A DNA stretch of 64,000 nucleotides from Moniliella sp. 'wahieum' (Eukaryota): contig RSEE01000011.1 of the NCBI GenBank assembly GCA_003971905.1, positions 558,001 to 622,000 of the forward strand. Reading direction: 5' to 3'. Below the pieces are notes generated by a model that worked only from the letters and a program-made list of their open reading frames with translations, had not been told where the DNA came from and searched no databases. The first letter of the stretch is position 1. Every line of letters begins with the position of its first letter. This document shows, in pieces, positions 1 to 13,399 of this stretch. Made by a program: the position numbers and the translations under genes.

Positions 1-544
1 CAGCTTAGTACTTGGGTGTGGGTTGCTTGTCTGATTCTGGCGGCATGCTGATGGGAAGCGAAGCGAGGCCGGAAGGGCGGAATGAAAGATGGTGGGTGCA
101 AGTGGGGCAATGGGGCAGCGCCCAACAGCAGTAGGGTTGTGCTCGTGACTCCAGCTGATCGGCCGGGGTACAGCTGAACAACGACGCACTGCGGAAGAGC
201 ACCAGTGGGCGCGGCCTGCATCGGCACGGCAGCTCGGCACAGTGGGCAGCAGCTCGGCTGGGGTCGGAGTTGTTGGGTCTGGGACGCGGGCAGACGAGCC
301 GCGCGCCATTCAAGTTGCATTCGGCCCAGCACTGGCTGGCGCAGTGCGGCTGCAGCCGCACGCTGAAAGCGGCAGCCCGCAGCCAGGCAGGCCAGGCCGA
401 CTACCCGCGAAGCGAGTAAATAACAATACTACCTCGGCGCCTGCAAACATCCACACGACGACAAATCGGGAGGCACTCGCCTGCTCTTCTGCTCTTTCGT
501 TTCGGAAGCCATTAGCCACTGCGCATCCCCACCGCCCCTCCGCC

Positions 545-2505
545 ATGGCCGCACCTACACTCCAGGTGCCCGCTGGGCCCATGCTCAAGTACGACACTGT
601 CATCAGCAACACCTACCGCATCTTTGTCCTCATCTCTGTCGATAATGCCCACTCCACCCCCGGCCTCGCCCCGAGCTCGTCTGGACCGTGTCCCCGCAGC
701 CCAACGCGCCCCTCGACCCCGCCCAGGACCACACCGCTGTTGCGCATCCACCCCCTCTACCACTACACAGGACCCGCCGGCGACGTCACCTTCTGGCGCT
801 TCCTGCTCGAGATCCCCATGGCCCCCACCCCTGCCTTTTGCTCCTACCAGATTTCCCCAGCCGCGTTGCCCCCAAACCCCAGCAGCAGTCCGACTCGGTC
901 GACCCCACCCGTCCCTACACCTTTGCTGTGCCGGTGCCCAGCAAGACTTCCACTGGGCCGCCTACTCCTGCAACGGGTTTTCCCTCTCGGTCAACCCGGC
1001 CGACTTCAATGGCCCCAACCCAGTGTGGGAAGACCTGCTGCGCGCACACGAGCGCAACCCTTTCCATGTGCTCAATGGAGGCGGCGATCAGAGTACGTCT
1101 CGCCCTCCTTTCTCTCTGCCCCCCGCCCACCTTAACCCGTCGATCCAGTCTACTGCGACCGCATGGTCCGCGAACCCGAACTTCAAGCCTGGCACAACAG
1201 CAAAATGCCCGCGACGGGGTGCCATGCCTCTGACTGAAGAAATCCGCATTGGCCTAGACCGTTTTGGATCCAATGGTACACCGAGTGTTCTCCACGGGCG
1301 CATTTAGTCCGTGCCATTGCCCCAATCCCCATGGTCAACATGACCGACGATCATGACTTGATCGATGGCTTTGGCACTTACGAAAAGGAATGGTCCACCA
1401 CCCCCATCTTTAACCACATTGGTACCCGCGGCTACTGGTGGTACCTGCTCTTCCAGCAGTTTCCTCGTCGATGAGGTCGATGGGACCGACGAGGCGACTC
1501 ATCCCACAAGTCGATCATCTTTGGTGCGGTGGACGCCCCCTTCATCAAGGGTGCTCGCGGTCACACCTTCCTTACCTACCTGGGGCCCCAGCAGTATCTC
1601 TCTCTCTCGACTGTCGCGCTGAGCGGACGGTCAACACGGTGGTAAGCGAGGCGACGTACCGCAAGGCTGCAGAACTTGTACAAGCTCCCTAGCTCGGTCA
1701 ACCACCTTGTATACTGCTGGGTGTACTGGCGTACCCGCGCATGGTGTTTGTAGAGAAGATGCTGTCCAACTCATACAACCCCGTGGTATTTTGGCCAAGA
1801 CATTCAGCAGTGGGTTTACCAACTCGTTTGATGAACGTCCCGAGCTTCTGGACGACCTGGGGGACCATTGGTGTGCTGGCCCGCACAAGCGCGAGCGCAA
1901 CTGGTTCGTCGAGCAGTTGCAGCACCTCGCTACTGCTCGAGCTTTGCGCATCTCCTTTATCTCGGGCGACGTGCACGCTGGGGGAGCAGGCTTGTTTTAT
2001 GGCTACACCCCAGGACGCGCCCAAGGACCCGAAGCACATGCTCGCCGTGATTACCTCGGCCATTGTCAATACCCCTCCGCCCGCGGCACTCATCAGCATC
2101 CTCACAAACTTGCCGCCAAAAACACCGCTCGCTCTTCTACATTGGTACCAAGGAGACGATGCTGGGCTTGTTGAGCAAGGTCTGAGTGGCCAGAAACAGA
2201 ATGACAGTATATTATCGGAGCACGGAATTGGTGCGACGTACGACTGGACCCGGCGGGCACGGGCACATTGCAATTTGAGCTGCGGTCGAAAAAGTTCGCG
2301 GCGGGGGCGAGACGAAAGGCTACCTGTCCAAACCCCGCCACCGGCCTGGCAAGCCACCGGTGCCCCCCTTCTTCCCCACGCACGAACACCATCCGCTTGC
2401 TGCGGCCATTGCGCACGTCCAGTCGGCCGAACAACACTTGACAGGAACCGCCCACCCTTCGCACCCGCCTCCCGGAACGGCTTGAACAAAATTGAGCCCC
2501 GCTGA
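545..2505 (+). CDS. PhoD-like (alkaline phosphatase D family) metallophosphatase domain protein; frameshifted in this assembly
   Basis: Pieces across frames: MAAPTLQVPAGPMLKYDT, WAAYSCNGFS, HVLNGGGDQ, RISFISGDVH, VITSAIVNTPPP, GARNWC. These are motifs of the fungal PhoD-like family. Probable short intron near 1093-1148. Confidence 0.75.
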
Positions 2506-5256
2506 GTCACGCTTTCCCGTGACAGCAGTGTTTTTTATGTTTGTTTACTTCGCACGATGCTAGGATTAGACCGCGTGCTATGGTCCGGAAATACCATTTT
2601 TGTAACTGAACTACTCTGTGATGTGGTTCGCACTAGCCTCCCTTTTCTTGCTGCAGCTTGTCTTCTCCATCCTCTTATTGCCCCTTGTTCTAACGGATCT
2701 CACGACCTATCACTTGCTCGCGGTCAATTCGCTCTGTACTTCCCTCATGCCGTTGTATCCTTTAAAGAAATCTTTCTCCCAGCCTGTCATGGGCGGGCCT
2801 CGAACTGGAGCCCGACCCGCCATAGATTATAGGGGTGCTTCCGTTGGAGACAGGCCCTCCGGTTGATCGCGCTTGAAACACCTGCCAGATCCGAACGGAG
2901 CAACTATACTAGTAGAGACGAGGTGAGGTCTCTCGATTGGGGCGTGGACTTGCTTAATAGCAAGAGTGCGTATGTACCGGAACGAGCAGGACTAGTGTTT
3001 CTGTATGGGATGCTCAGAGCCTGAAGAGTTGGCCCAAAGGTTGGGACAGGCAAGACAGGGTAGGCCCGGTCCTGTCACAGAACAAAACACAAACCTCCCG
3101 GAAAGGAGCACAGACCTACTAGTAGGGAAAGGTTCCCACACTCATCCAGGAAACACGGAACAGTCAACCCAGAAAGGCCACCATGCATCAAGGTACATGG
3201 AAGGCTCTCCGCCCTTAGCCAGAAACGCAAAAAAGTCATGAGGGGGTAATCTCTCACAATGAATACGAGACACTCTCCGTCAGATCAGGAAACTGACGTC
3301 CAGATCCGGAGGCTCAACTTGAGCTCACTTGCATCCAAGACCAAAAAGACCAAACAGTTGAAGTAGAATAAAATCAAAGGACTCAGAAGCTCACGCACGG
3401 ATCACCTCAGCCATACGAAAGGGACTTAAGTTTTCGTGTCCATCTTAACGAATACCTAATAACCCACACAGGCCATACAGGAGGAGACAGGGGGGGGGGG
3501 AATGGGCTCGCTATACCCTCTGTCGCCCGCGGCAGATGTTTTTCGTGGTTCTTTGATAGTTGAGATATTATGGCTGTGGGCAGGCCCAATGCAGCGCTGA
3601 TCCATCAGGGAGAGGGTGTCGGTATATTATCTGTGGCGTGGGGGGGCACTCGGGTTGCTTTTTGCTTTGCGATATGGGGCTTTGCCCTGTACCCACACAT
3701 TACTACCTACACATGTTATCTTCTCGTATACCGACAGCAATAACGTAGCTTGGTCCTTTCCGGTATGTGGGTCTCGAGAACTCAATATGGGGACAAATGG
3801 TAGCTTTCAAAAGAGAAGTATATAGTAGCTTTCTGTGTCGCGTGGTGCTCACACGCCCTTTTCCACTGCTTTTTCGCACCCTATTTAATGCGGGTCCTGG
3901 ATCTGTTTTGTCTGAGAGGCTGTTTGGGTGTGCTACGAAGACTGTAGCATATGACATCAGAGTCTGCTCACTAGCTCGCTCGCGCATTCTATTCGCCTGC
4001 GCGAGCGTCAGGCCGTGGGAGACGCCCTTGGAAGAGGTACCTCCTTCCCTCTTTTTAGGGCCCACATCAGGAGCCTCAAATAACGTGTAACGTTTAGCGC
4101 GTTTAGCATTGTCGATCCTTATTGGAACCCTTTCCTTGCGGTGTTTGCGACGCGGCGGCTGCGTTTGATGGCGTCTCTCGGACAGCACCAAACGGCGGGG
4201 GCGTATCTGCCATCATATATCGCAGAAGCCAAAAAGGAGAGAAAGGCGAACGAAGGAATCTTCCGGGAAGCCGGATGGCCGAAGGCGTGTCAGCATGTCA
4301 CTTGTTTGTGAGCGACGCGCGCGGGGGAGGACCGGCGTGGAATGCATTCGGTCGGCAAAGGCAAAGGGACAGGAGTAACCCAGACCTAGCCGACGCAGCC
4401 CTGCCAAGTGCAACCCTAATGGTCATAAAGAAGCTATGGGACAGCAGGAACACCCTGAGGTGCGCTGTGGTGCGATGTGCGCAGTGAAAGGCGGCCCGCA
4501 CGGCGTCTGTGTATGTGGAGAGGGCGATCCGCGAGCGCGAGCTGGCCCGTGCAGAGACACTACTAGCGAGTCGTGTTTTCCGTACCACCGACGTGTGTGG
4601 CGGCAGCCTCGCCCAGCAGCCCCAAGGAGAGCAGCCGGGTACTGCTATTGATGCCGACAGGGGCACAACTCCCCTTCCTTTTTGCTTGGACGATACAATG
4701 TGCAGGCACACCAGCATCCTTATCTGCCTCGGTCGGTCTGCGCCTCTGTGCAGTCTGAGACTGGCGGCCCGGTGCCGCAGGGCCTCTGTGGCGGAGGCAG
4801 CCCGCCTGCACGAGGTGAACACCCTCACGCGTAAGAGGCTGCATGTCGGTGCCTCCTCCTACGCTCCGCGTTCGCACGACAGCACACTTGCCCTGCACCC
4901 CTCGCTTCTCCACAGCCGCGTCTTGGCTGCGGACCCTACTGGCGCCGTGTCCCTCCATAAGGCCTAAGGCCCAAGGCATTTCCGCTTGCAGAGCGTGGGA
5001 GCGCTCAGTGTCTTTCGCTTTCCTTGTCTTCCTCGGCGCCCTCAGCTGCTGTGTGGGACTAGTCGGAGCTACCAATATGGCGCTACTCGGCGTTAGTGTG
5101 TATAAATATAACCCTTTTGCGCCCACACCCTCGCCTCGGCCGCACCCCTCCCTCCTGCTCTCTGCCGTTTCTCCCCCCTCCCTCCCCTCCCTCCCCTCCC
5201 TCTCGTTCTCCCTCCCCCCGCCAGCCACCCGAACGCCGGGCCTCCTCCCTTTCGCA

Positions 5257-8200
5257 ATGTCCGACGACACAGGCTACGGCAAGGGCGCTTACGGCACCCA
5301 CGTCAACGACGAATATGCCGCCCTCATCGACTTTATTCGCGCCCAAAAGTCTGTTTCTGCCGACGATGGTGAAATTGACGGTGTTACCATCGTCCGCAAA
5401 CGCGAGCTCCTCCGCCCTTGGAAGGTTCGTGAGATCCGCGTCAACAAAGACGGGGAGGAGGAGACTGTAGCTGCCAAGGTTCCCGCCAGCTGGTACGTTG
5501 TTTTCCTAGCCCCCTTTAATTTTGCCATTATATCCCACCCGTCATTTCGGCCTGGTGTTGACAACCTCATTTTGGGTATATGGCAGGCTTGAGACGTCGA
5601 TGCAGCAGGGTCTGTCCGAGTCGGATGTCCACACTCGGCGTGCCCAGTTTGGTTACAATGAGCTGGAGGCTCCGTCCGAGAACCTCTTTCTCAAGTTCCT
5701 TGGGTTCTTCAAGGGCCCCATTCTGTACGTGATGGAGCTGGCGGTTGCATTGGCTGGTGGTCTTCGTGACTGGATCGACTTGGGTGTTATCTGCGGTATC
5801 TTGGCTCTCAACGCTTTTGTCGGTTGGTACCAGGAGAAACAGGCAGGAGACATTGTTGCCAGCTCAAGGCTGGCATTGCTCTCCGCGCCATTGCGATTCG
5901 CAACGGTCAAGAAGTTGAGATTGAGGCTCGGGAGGTTGTGCCTGGTGACATTGTTGTGGTGCAGGACGGTCAGACGGTTCCCTGCGACGGCCGTCTGTTG
6001 GCCGACTATGACGACAAAGATGGTTCGGCGGCCGCTGCGATTCTTGAGAAGGCACGCGCTACTGCTCATGACGAGGACGATGACGAGGGCGTGGACAAGG
6101 GCCCGGCCATCATTGCCTGCGACCAGTCGGCCATCACGGGTGAGTCGCTGGCCGTCGACAAGCACATTGGTGACACGGTCTTTACACCACTGGCTGCAAG
6201 CGTGGAAAGGGTTGTCCTGGTGACCGACATTGCCAAACAGACGTTTGTGGGCCGCACCGCTGCCCTTGTGCTTGGCGGTGCCTCCAAGGGTCACTTCCAA
6301 AAGGTTATGGACTCGATCGGCACTGCGTTGCTCGTGCTGGTTATGGCGTTTGTTGTTGGTTTCTGGATCTCGGGTTTCTTCCTGCCACACTGGCATTGCT
6401 GAGCCCAAGGAGAACAACTTGCTCACTTACACCCTGATCTTCCTTGTCATTGGTGTTCCTGTAGGTCTGCCCTGCGTCACCACCACCACTATGGCTGTCG
6501 GTGCTGCCTACCTCGCCAAGCGCCAGGCTATCGTTCAAAAGCTCACCGCCATTGAGTCGTTGGCCGGTGTCGACGTACTTTGCTCGGACAAGACGGGTAC
6601 CCTGACTGCCAACAAACTCTCTATCCACGAGCCTTTCACTTCGGAGGGTGTGACGTGAGCTTCATGATGGCCGTGGCTGCCCTCGCCTCGTCCCACAACA
6701 TCAAGTCGCTCGACCCATTGACAAGGTCACCATCTCCACCCTTAAGGACTATCCCGGTGCCCAGGAAGAGCTCGCTTCCGGATGGATCACCCACCGGTTC
6801 ACTCCCTTTGACCCTGTTTCCAAGCGCATCACGGCTGAGGTGGAAAAGGATGGGAAGCAGTTTATCGCGCGCCAAGGGTGCCCCCAACGCAATTCTCAAG
6901 CTCTGCCAACCCGACCCTGAGCAGGCTGCCCAGTACCGCAAGGTCTCGGGCGACTTTGCCTCTCGTGGCTTCCGTTCCCTCGGTGTTGCCATCAACGATG
7001 GCGAGTGGCACCTCCTCGGTCTCATGCCCATGTTTGACCCTCCTCGTGGTGACACGGCTGCGACGATTGCTGAGGCCCAGAACCTGGGGATTGCTGTCAA
7101 GATGCTTACGGGTGACGCGGTGGCCATTGCCAAGGAAACGTGCAAGATGCTTTCGCTTGGTACCAAGGTGTACGACTCGCAGCGTCTGATTGGATCTGGC
7201 GGTCTGGCTGGTTCGGCCATCCACGACTTTATTGAGGCTGCTGACGGGTTCGCCGAGGTGTTCCCCGAGCACAAGTACCAGGTCGTTGAGATGCTCCAGC
7301 ACCGTGGTCACCTGGTCGCCATGACGGGTGATGGTGTGAACGACGCCCCGTCGCTGAAGAAGGCGGATTGTGGGATTGCTGTCGAGGGTGCTTCGGACGC
7401 TGCCCGCTCGGCAGCCGACGTGGTTTTCCTCGACGAGGGTCTGTCGACCATCATCACCTCGATCAAGGTTGCTCGTCAGATCTTCCATCGTATGAAGGCA
7501 TACATCCAGTACCGTATCTCGCTCTGTCTCCACCTTGAAATCTACCTCTTGCTCTCGATCTGCATCCGGGAAGGTGATCCGTGCCGACCTAATTGTCTTT
7601 ATCGCCCTCTTTGCCGACTTGGCCACAATCGCTATTGCCTATGACAATGCTCCCGCTGCCAAGGAGCCAGTCGAGTGGCAACTGCCCAAGATCTGGACCA
7701 TCTCAACCATCCTGGGCATCCTGCTTGCGGCCGGCACGTGGATTGTCCGGGGCACCCTTTTCCTCCGGACGGTGGGATCGTGCAAAACTTTGGTAACCTG
7801 CAGCTCATCCTCTTCCTCGAAGTCTCGCTCACTGAGAACTGGCTCATCTTTATCACCCGTCTTGGTTCCGGCTCGGCGGATGAAACACCATTCCATCCTG
7901 GGAGCTGGTCGGGGCCATTCTGGGTGTTGATGCGTTGGCCACGCTCTTCTGTCTGTTTGGTTGGCTTGGCGGGCCAATTGCCGAGTACATTCACTCCCCG
8001 CGCTTGCGCCACAACAAGCACAACTGGACCGACGTGGTGACTGTTTGCGCGTCTGGGCCTATTCGATTGGTGTGACGATCATTGTCACGGTGGTGTACTA
8101 TGTGCTGAATAAGATTGGCTGGATTAACCGTATGGGCCGCCGAGTGCGTTCGACCAAGAATGAGGTCCTGGAAGACTTCTTTACCAACTTGCAGCGCCTC

Positions 8201-8284
8201 ACTGTCGTCCATGAGAAGACCGAGGACGGCGACCCTGACATTTACTCCTTCGCCACTCGGATCGAGGTCGACGAGGAGGATTGA
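5257..8284 (+). CDS. PMA1: Plasma-membrane P-type H+-ATPase
   Basis: [25 protein letters not shown] (phosphorylated Asp), [59 protein letters not shown] intron at about 5493-5586. Confidence 0.97.
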
Positions 8285-8932
8285 TCCACCCCATTTTTCG
8301 CACCCATCGCACTTCTATGCCCCTCCTCCCCTTTTGGCTCCTCACCCTACCTTTATTCTTTTTGGTAGCCATTGTATGACCCCACCTTAAGCACACTTTA
8401 CCCGGGCATTGTGGATTCTGCTTGGTAATCGGTCTTTCCATGGGCTTTCTCCGGGTAGACTCCGTTCTGTCCCCTCTTTCCCCATTTACTGCGCATCAGT
8501 ATATATGCATTCCCTCTTCTCCCTTTTCGTTGCCTTTTGCTTCACTACAGTTCCACACCCCCCAAACACATATAGAACTCCGCATGAGGGCGCAAGGACT
8601 CTGCTGCTGTGAGTCTCGAGGCGGACACACATATCATCTTCCTTCTGCGGTGGCCGTAAGTGGGTAGCATCCATCAGCTGGAATTTGGCCTGGAATGGGG
8701 AGAGGTTTACACCATTGGATATTCATAACCGCAGTTGGCAGCCGGTGGTGAAGATGATTCACAGGGGGGGTTCTGGCGGTGAAGCTACGCTGTTACGCAA
8801 ATAGTATCGATTGTGCGGTTGTGATATTGATTTCGGTATCTCGGATCTCAATCCGCCGAAACAAAAAACTCCGCCCAGCAAACCTTCTTACCTGCTTCCA
8901 TCTCAACGCACGCGGCCCCGCTCACCACCATC

Positions 8933-10438
8933 ATGGTGCTGCCGTCGATGCAAGCCACGCGTCGCTCAATGGCGATGGCCATAGCCAGGGCTAAGGCTGT
9001 TGCTCGGCTTCTCCCTTGTCTTCGTCCTTGCCGAGGCGGCGCGGCCTCGGTTCCCTCGCTGCTGCCCCCATCTCCGCTCCCACATCTCCTGCTGGCGCCG
9101 AAGCCCTCGCTAGCGCCGCTCGCAATCGCATTGCTGTTATCGACCGCCGTGCGGTTGCGCCAGCGCTCATTGACCGGCACGCCCGTGCTCACACCTACCT
9201 CCGGCTATCCCTGACCGAGCGATGCAACTTGCGCTGCATGTACTGCATGCCCGCCGACGGCGTCCCGCTCACTCCATCTTCTCAGTTGCTCACCGCTGAC
9301 GAGCTCAGTCGTCTTGCGCGACTCTTTGTGCACCGCGGGGTGACCAAAATCCGCCTACGGGGGCGAGCCTACTATTCGCCGCGACTTGCCCGAGATTCTC
9401 AGTGCGTGTCCTTACCTCCCCTAGCCCCCCAAACTCCTACTCCTTCTCTCCTCCTCCGTCTCCCTCTCTTCTGCCGTCTAACTTGCTCCACATTCAGCTG
9501 CGCTCGGTGGTCTACGTGCCGATGGCCTGGAATCGATTGGAATGACGTCGAATGGGGTGGCACTTACCCGCCGCCTGCCTGCGCTTGTTGACGCTGGACT
9601 TACCCACCTCAACCTTTCTCTCGACACGATGGACCCGTTCAAATTTGAGATTATGACGAGGCGCCCGGCTGGTGCGCTGGACAAGGTATTAGCCGCGCTT
9701 GAACTGGCCCAGTCACTTCCCTTGCAGAGCGTGAAGATCAATGTCGTCGTCCTCAAGGGCCTCAACGATTCGCCCAGGAATTGCGCGCGTTTGTTGATTA
9801 CACACGCGAACATAAGTTGTAGTGCGGTTTTATTGAGGTACGTTCACCTTCTTCTTTTGTGGCCTCTCCTATTTCTGGTTCTGTTGCTTGGTGGCCCTAA
9901 CCACTTGGCTGGCTCATAGTACATGCCCTTTGACGGCAACCAATGGCAAACGTCCAAGTTGGTCCTTATCAGACATTGCTCGCTCAGCTTCAAACCATCT
10001 ATGGGCCGCTGGAACGCCTCCAAGACGATAAAATGACCGAGCAAGCACTGGCGTGTCCCTGGATACCAAGGTAGCATTGGTTTCATCACAAGGTACGTTC
10101 TGTCCTTGATGGGAATTCGTTGCGTTAGCCCGTAGACATACTGGCGCCAGTATGACCAACCATTTTTGCGGTACGTGCAATCGATTGCGCATCACAGCCG
10201 ATGGCAACCTGAAGGTGTGCTTGTTTGGGAACACGGAGGTCTCCCTCCGCGACCAGATGCGGGGCATGGGGCTCAGGACAGGGGACGCAACGACTGCTGG
10301 GCAGGGCGGGCAACGGATGAGGAGCTGTTGGAGGTGATTGCAGCGGCGGTGGGGCGGAAACATGCCAAGCATGCCGGATGCGATCGCCCGGCGACATTGC
10401 ACGGCACAAGAACCGACCCATGATCCATCGGCGGGTAG
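8933..10438 (+). CDS. cnxABC: GTP 3',8-cyclase (MoaA/MOCS1A part of the molybdenum cofactor step-1 locus)
   Basis: [19 protein letters not shown] (radical-SAM CxxxCxxC), [41 protein letters not shown], and C-terminal NRPMI.IGG-stop (ATC GGC GGG TAG, 10427-10438). Arg/Ala-rich presequence-like N-terminus; several introns. Confidence 0.93.
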
Positions 10439-10628
10439 CCTCGCTTCCTGCCCACATGTACCTGCAGCGTTGCTTCACCCCTTTTATCCCCTGTTTCCTC
10501 ATATTTCCTTCCCCTTTTCTCTTGGGGGGGGGGGGTTGCCCCTGCGCTTGGGACCCAGAGGAGGGACACTTGGATGGTTGTGTCTTGTCGAGTAGCTGCT
10601 GATCCCATCACTTTCCTTTTGTTTGCAG

Positions 10629-11980
10629 CCCCCACCTCGTCTCCCTGCCCTCGTCCCGCCCGCTTGGGGCGCTGCCCGCCCCCGCTCCAGGCTCGCCTGC
10701 GTGCCCGTCCATACGAGCAGCACTGCGCAGTTCTACTCGCACTCTCCACACCTCCACTCTTACTGCTCGCTCGTCCCCCAACCACAGTACCGATAACGAC
10801 GACATCGCCACGCATGGAACGATATGCTACCTTGACGGGTGGGAAGACGTGGACCCAAGGAAGTACCTTTAGCTCATCGCCCTCGTCCTTGCCTCCGTCC
10901 GCATTACCGCCTCGACCCACCGTCCCAGCATGGGTCCAACCCCAACCCAGGGCAACAGACCTGGTCGAGTATATGGGCACCAGCCAGACGACGATAACCC
11001 CTGGTCCAACCTCGATGCTTTTGCCGATAGTTCCACGTCGTTGCGCCCTTGCCTTCCGGTCCGAATTCTTCCCCGTTCGCTTCGCAAGGGTGGGACGGGC
11101 GTCGGCTATGGGCTCGGCCACGCCCCGCAACCGGGGGACAGCGCAGAGGACGCTGCCATGAAGCGCTTGTGGCCCAGATGGTCGCGCGGGGCTCGAACTT
11201 GGGCGGGCCGTTGGCCCCATCGCCTAGGGAAACACCTGCGCCTCCGTCTGCGCCTATACCGGCGCCCGCGCCCACCTCGTCTGTGAACGCAGCCTCAGCT
11301 ACGGCCCCTCAGCCTGGGGACAGTGCCGAAACATTGGCCATGAAAGCCCTCGTGGAGCAGATGGTTGCACGGGACTCGACTCAAGGGGAGGCATCGGCCC
11401 CGTCGGCCAAGAGGGAACCAATGTACACTTCACCCCCGCCTGTGCCACGCCCGGTACATGCAGCTCCACGCCTAACCCATGTTGCCCCCCTGGCCCAAAG
11501 AGGGCGGAGTGCACATGGTGGATGTATCGCACAAAGCTGCTACCCGGCGCAGCGCCACAGCCCAAGGCCGGATCTGGTTACCAAGCGGGACGGTGGAAGC
11601 GGTACAGGCGGCAGAACAGGGTGGGACCTCTTACCAAAGGCCCCATCTTCCTCACTGCTCAGTTGGCTGGGATCATGGGTGCGAAAAAAACGGCGGAGCT
11701 AGTACCGCTGTGCCACCCGTTGGCCTTGAGCCAAGTGGAGGTGGATCTGGCCTGGGACGAACCAGAGGAGGAGGGGTGTTATGTCGTGGTCCGCTGTACC
11801 GCGCATACTACTGGCCCGACGGGTGTCGAGATGGAGGCCTTGGCTGGCGTTTCGACTGCCTGCCTCACCGTTTGGGACATGACAAAGGCCCTGGCTGGTA
11901 CCGAGATGGTGATTGACGATCTCAAGGTTGTGGCCAAAAGCGGGGGACGCAGTGGAGATTGGGTGCGGGAGGATGCGTAA
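10629..11980 (+). CDS. cnxABC: cPMP synthase (MoaC/MOCS1B part of the same locus) with a long linker
   Basis: LTHV..GVHMVDVSHK..RSATAQG, AQLAGIMGAKKTAELVPLCHPL, TGVEMEAL..VSTACLTVWDMTKA, KSGGRSGDW. Branch point, pyrimidine tract and AG end at 10628. Confidence 0.9.
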
Positions 11981-12341
11981 CTCGGGGCCTAAGCGACTGC
12001 ACTACCGTTGTCCTCAAGAAAAAGATGGTGATGAGGAGGAGGAGGATGGCGATGGGGATGACGATGGATGGAGAGTGCATTTAGCGATTGAGGTTACGCG
12101 GGCTGGTAGCGTTTGTTCCCACTTTCCTCAGGCGGTTCAGTAGCCGCAGTGGTAGTAGGTCCCCACGGACCATGTTATGCGACAGAATTGTACCTTGAAT
12201 AGGCGCTGAACCCGGCCAAAGTGGAAACATTGAACAGATCACTGCAGCTCATTAATTAAGTGGTGGGCCCTCGAGGTGAAGTTAGAACGTGGCGCTCATT
12301 CCGTTTCCGCCACGCTGCCACCTCCCTCTAACCCCCTCGCC

Positions 12342-13173
12342 ATGGCCGCCGCACCAATGTTGCTCACACCCCAGTACGTTGGCCGATCTGCGACGGGGAT
12401 AGGTTTACACTGCTCCCTACCGACACCAGCGCCGACTACTGACCGCCACCCCCCACTCCGCTGCCTGCTGTCCAGGCCGCCTCATCCCCAGCCCGTCTTT
12501 GCAGATCTTCTGGCCGAGCTGGGAGGTGGTGTCGATCTCACTTCTCCCGCTCCTTCGCCCGATGCCCGCACCTCATCTCCTACCACTTCCAGGTCCGTTC
12601 CTGCCAACGCCTCGTCCCCGTCTGCGCCCACATCAGCATCTGTCCCTTCGACATCGGCTCTGCCCCCTCTCTCTCGCCCCTCTTCTCCCTCGTCCCCCCC
12701 CGCCTCCATCCCAGTCTTCTACAGCGCTCGGGCTTGCAGGTGGTCTCCGCCGCCGCCAACCAGCGTTGGATGCGGCGACTAGAAGCTGAATATGGTGGTG
12801 CGTCTCCTCTGGCCCCCTCTCTACCTGTGGCCGGGGAAGACGAGACGGATACGAAAGAGGAAGAGGACCAGGACAATGCGGAACACGCTTCGTCGCGTGC
12901 AATGCAAGCGGGGCTGATGGGGTGAGTTGATGCGGATGGCCGGGGCACTCAAAGGCAACAGCGTAGCTTTGGCTCAGGCACTGGAGCGGGATCGTCACCT
13001 CGTCGAGGCGGCCGAGACCAAGTTGACGAGCAACCTGGACTTTATGACGCGGACAGAGGTCGTTGGGCGAGGTGAGCCACCGCGCTCGCTCCATGACCTG
13101 GCTCACCATATACTCCCTTGCCACCGTCGTCGTTTCCTGGATCTTGATCTTTATCCTGATCCGGCTCACGTAG
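12342..13173 (+). CDS. USE1: USE1-like ER SNARE (coiled coil plus C-terminal transmembrane helix)
   Basis: LMRMAGALKGNSVALAQALERDRHLVEAAETKLTSNLDFM followed by terminal hydrophobic TWLTIYSLATVVVSWILIFILIRLT*. Intron at about 12376-12475. Confidence 0.65.
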
Positions 13174-13399
13174 CCCACTGGCCACAGGGACGACGCCCTT
13201 GGCGAGTGGGGACATGGAGCTATGAGAATGGCGTGACCTGGAAACCCATGAGATTGGGATCAGTTAGAAATGTTGGATCGGCCGGGAGCAGGTTGGTCGG
13301 GTATGAGGTTAGGAGGGGACAAGAAGGCAGGGCGATACAAATGTCGAGGTTTAAACATGAAATGGAGGACGAGAGAGCAACAAAAAGCAAAGACTTCTA

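Noticed and set aside
1..361. Minus-strand ORF ending MPPESDKQPTPKY
   Set aside because: It may include the first exon of a gene leaving the window, but there is too little sequence to support a call.
2880..3480. Possible Ty3/Gypsy 3' remnant (GAGGGGGTAATCTCTCACA at about 3240 resembles a polypurine tract plus LTR start)
   Set aside because: No convincing integrase or chromodomain motif and no second LTR in the window.
3500..5250. Several 100-250 aa ORFs upstream of PMA1
   Set aside because: No recognisable motifs; best read as a long GC-rich promoter and 5' UTR (TATA-like TATAAATATA at 5101).
5257..8284. Programmed frameshifting or pseudogenisation of PMA1 and other genes
   Set aside because: The indels are too numerous and uniform across unrelated essential genes; sequencing error is more parsimonious.
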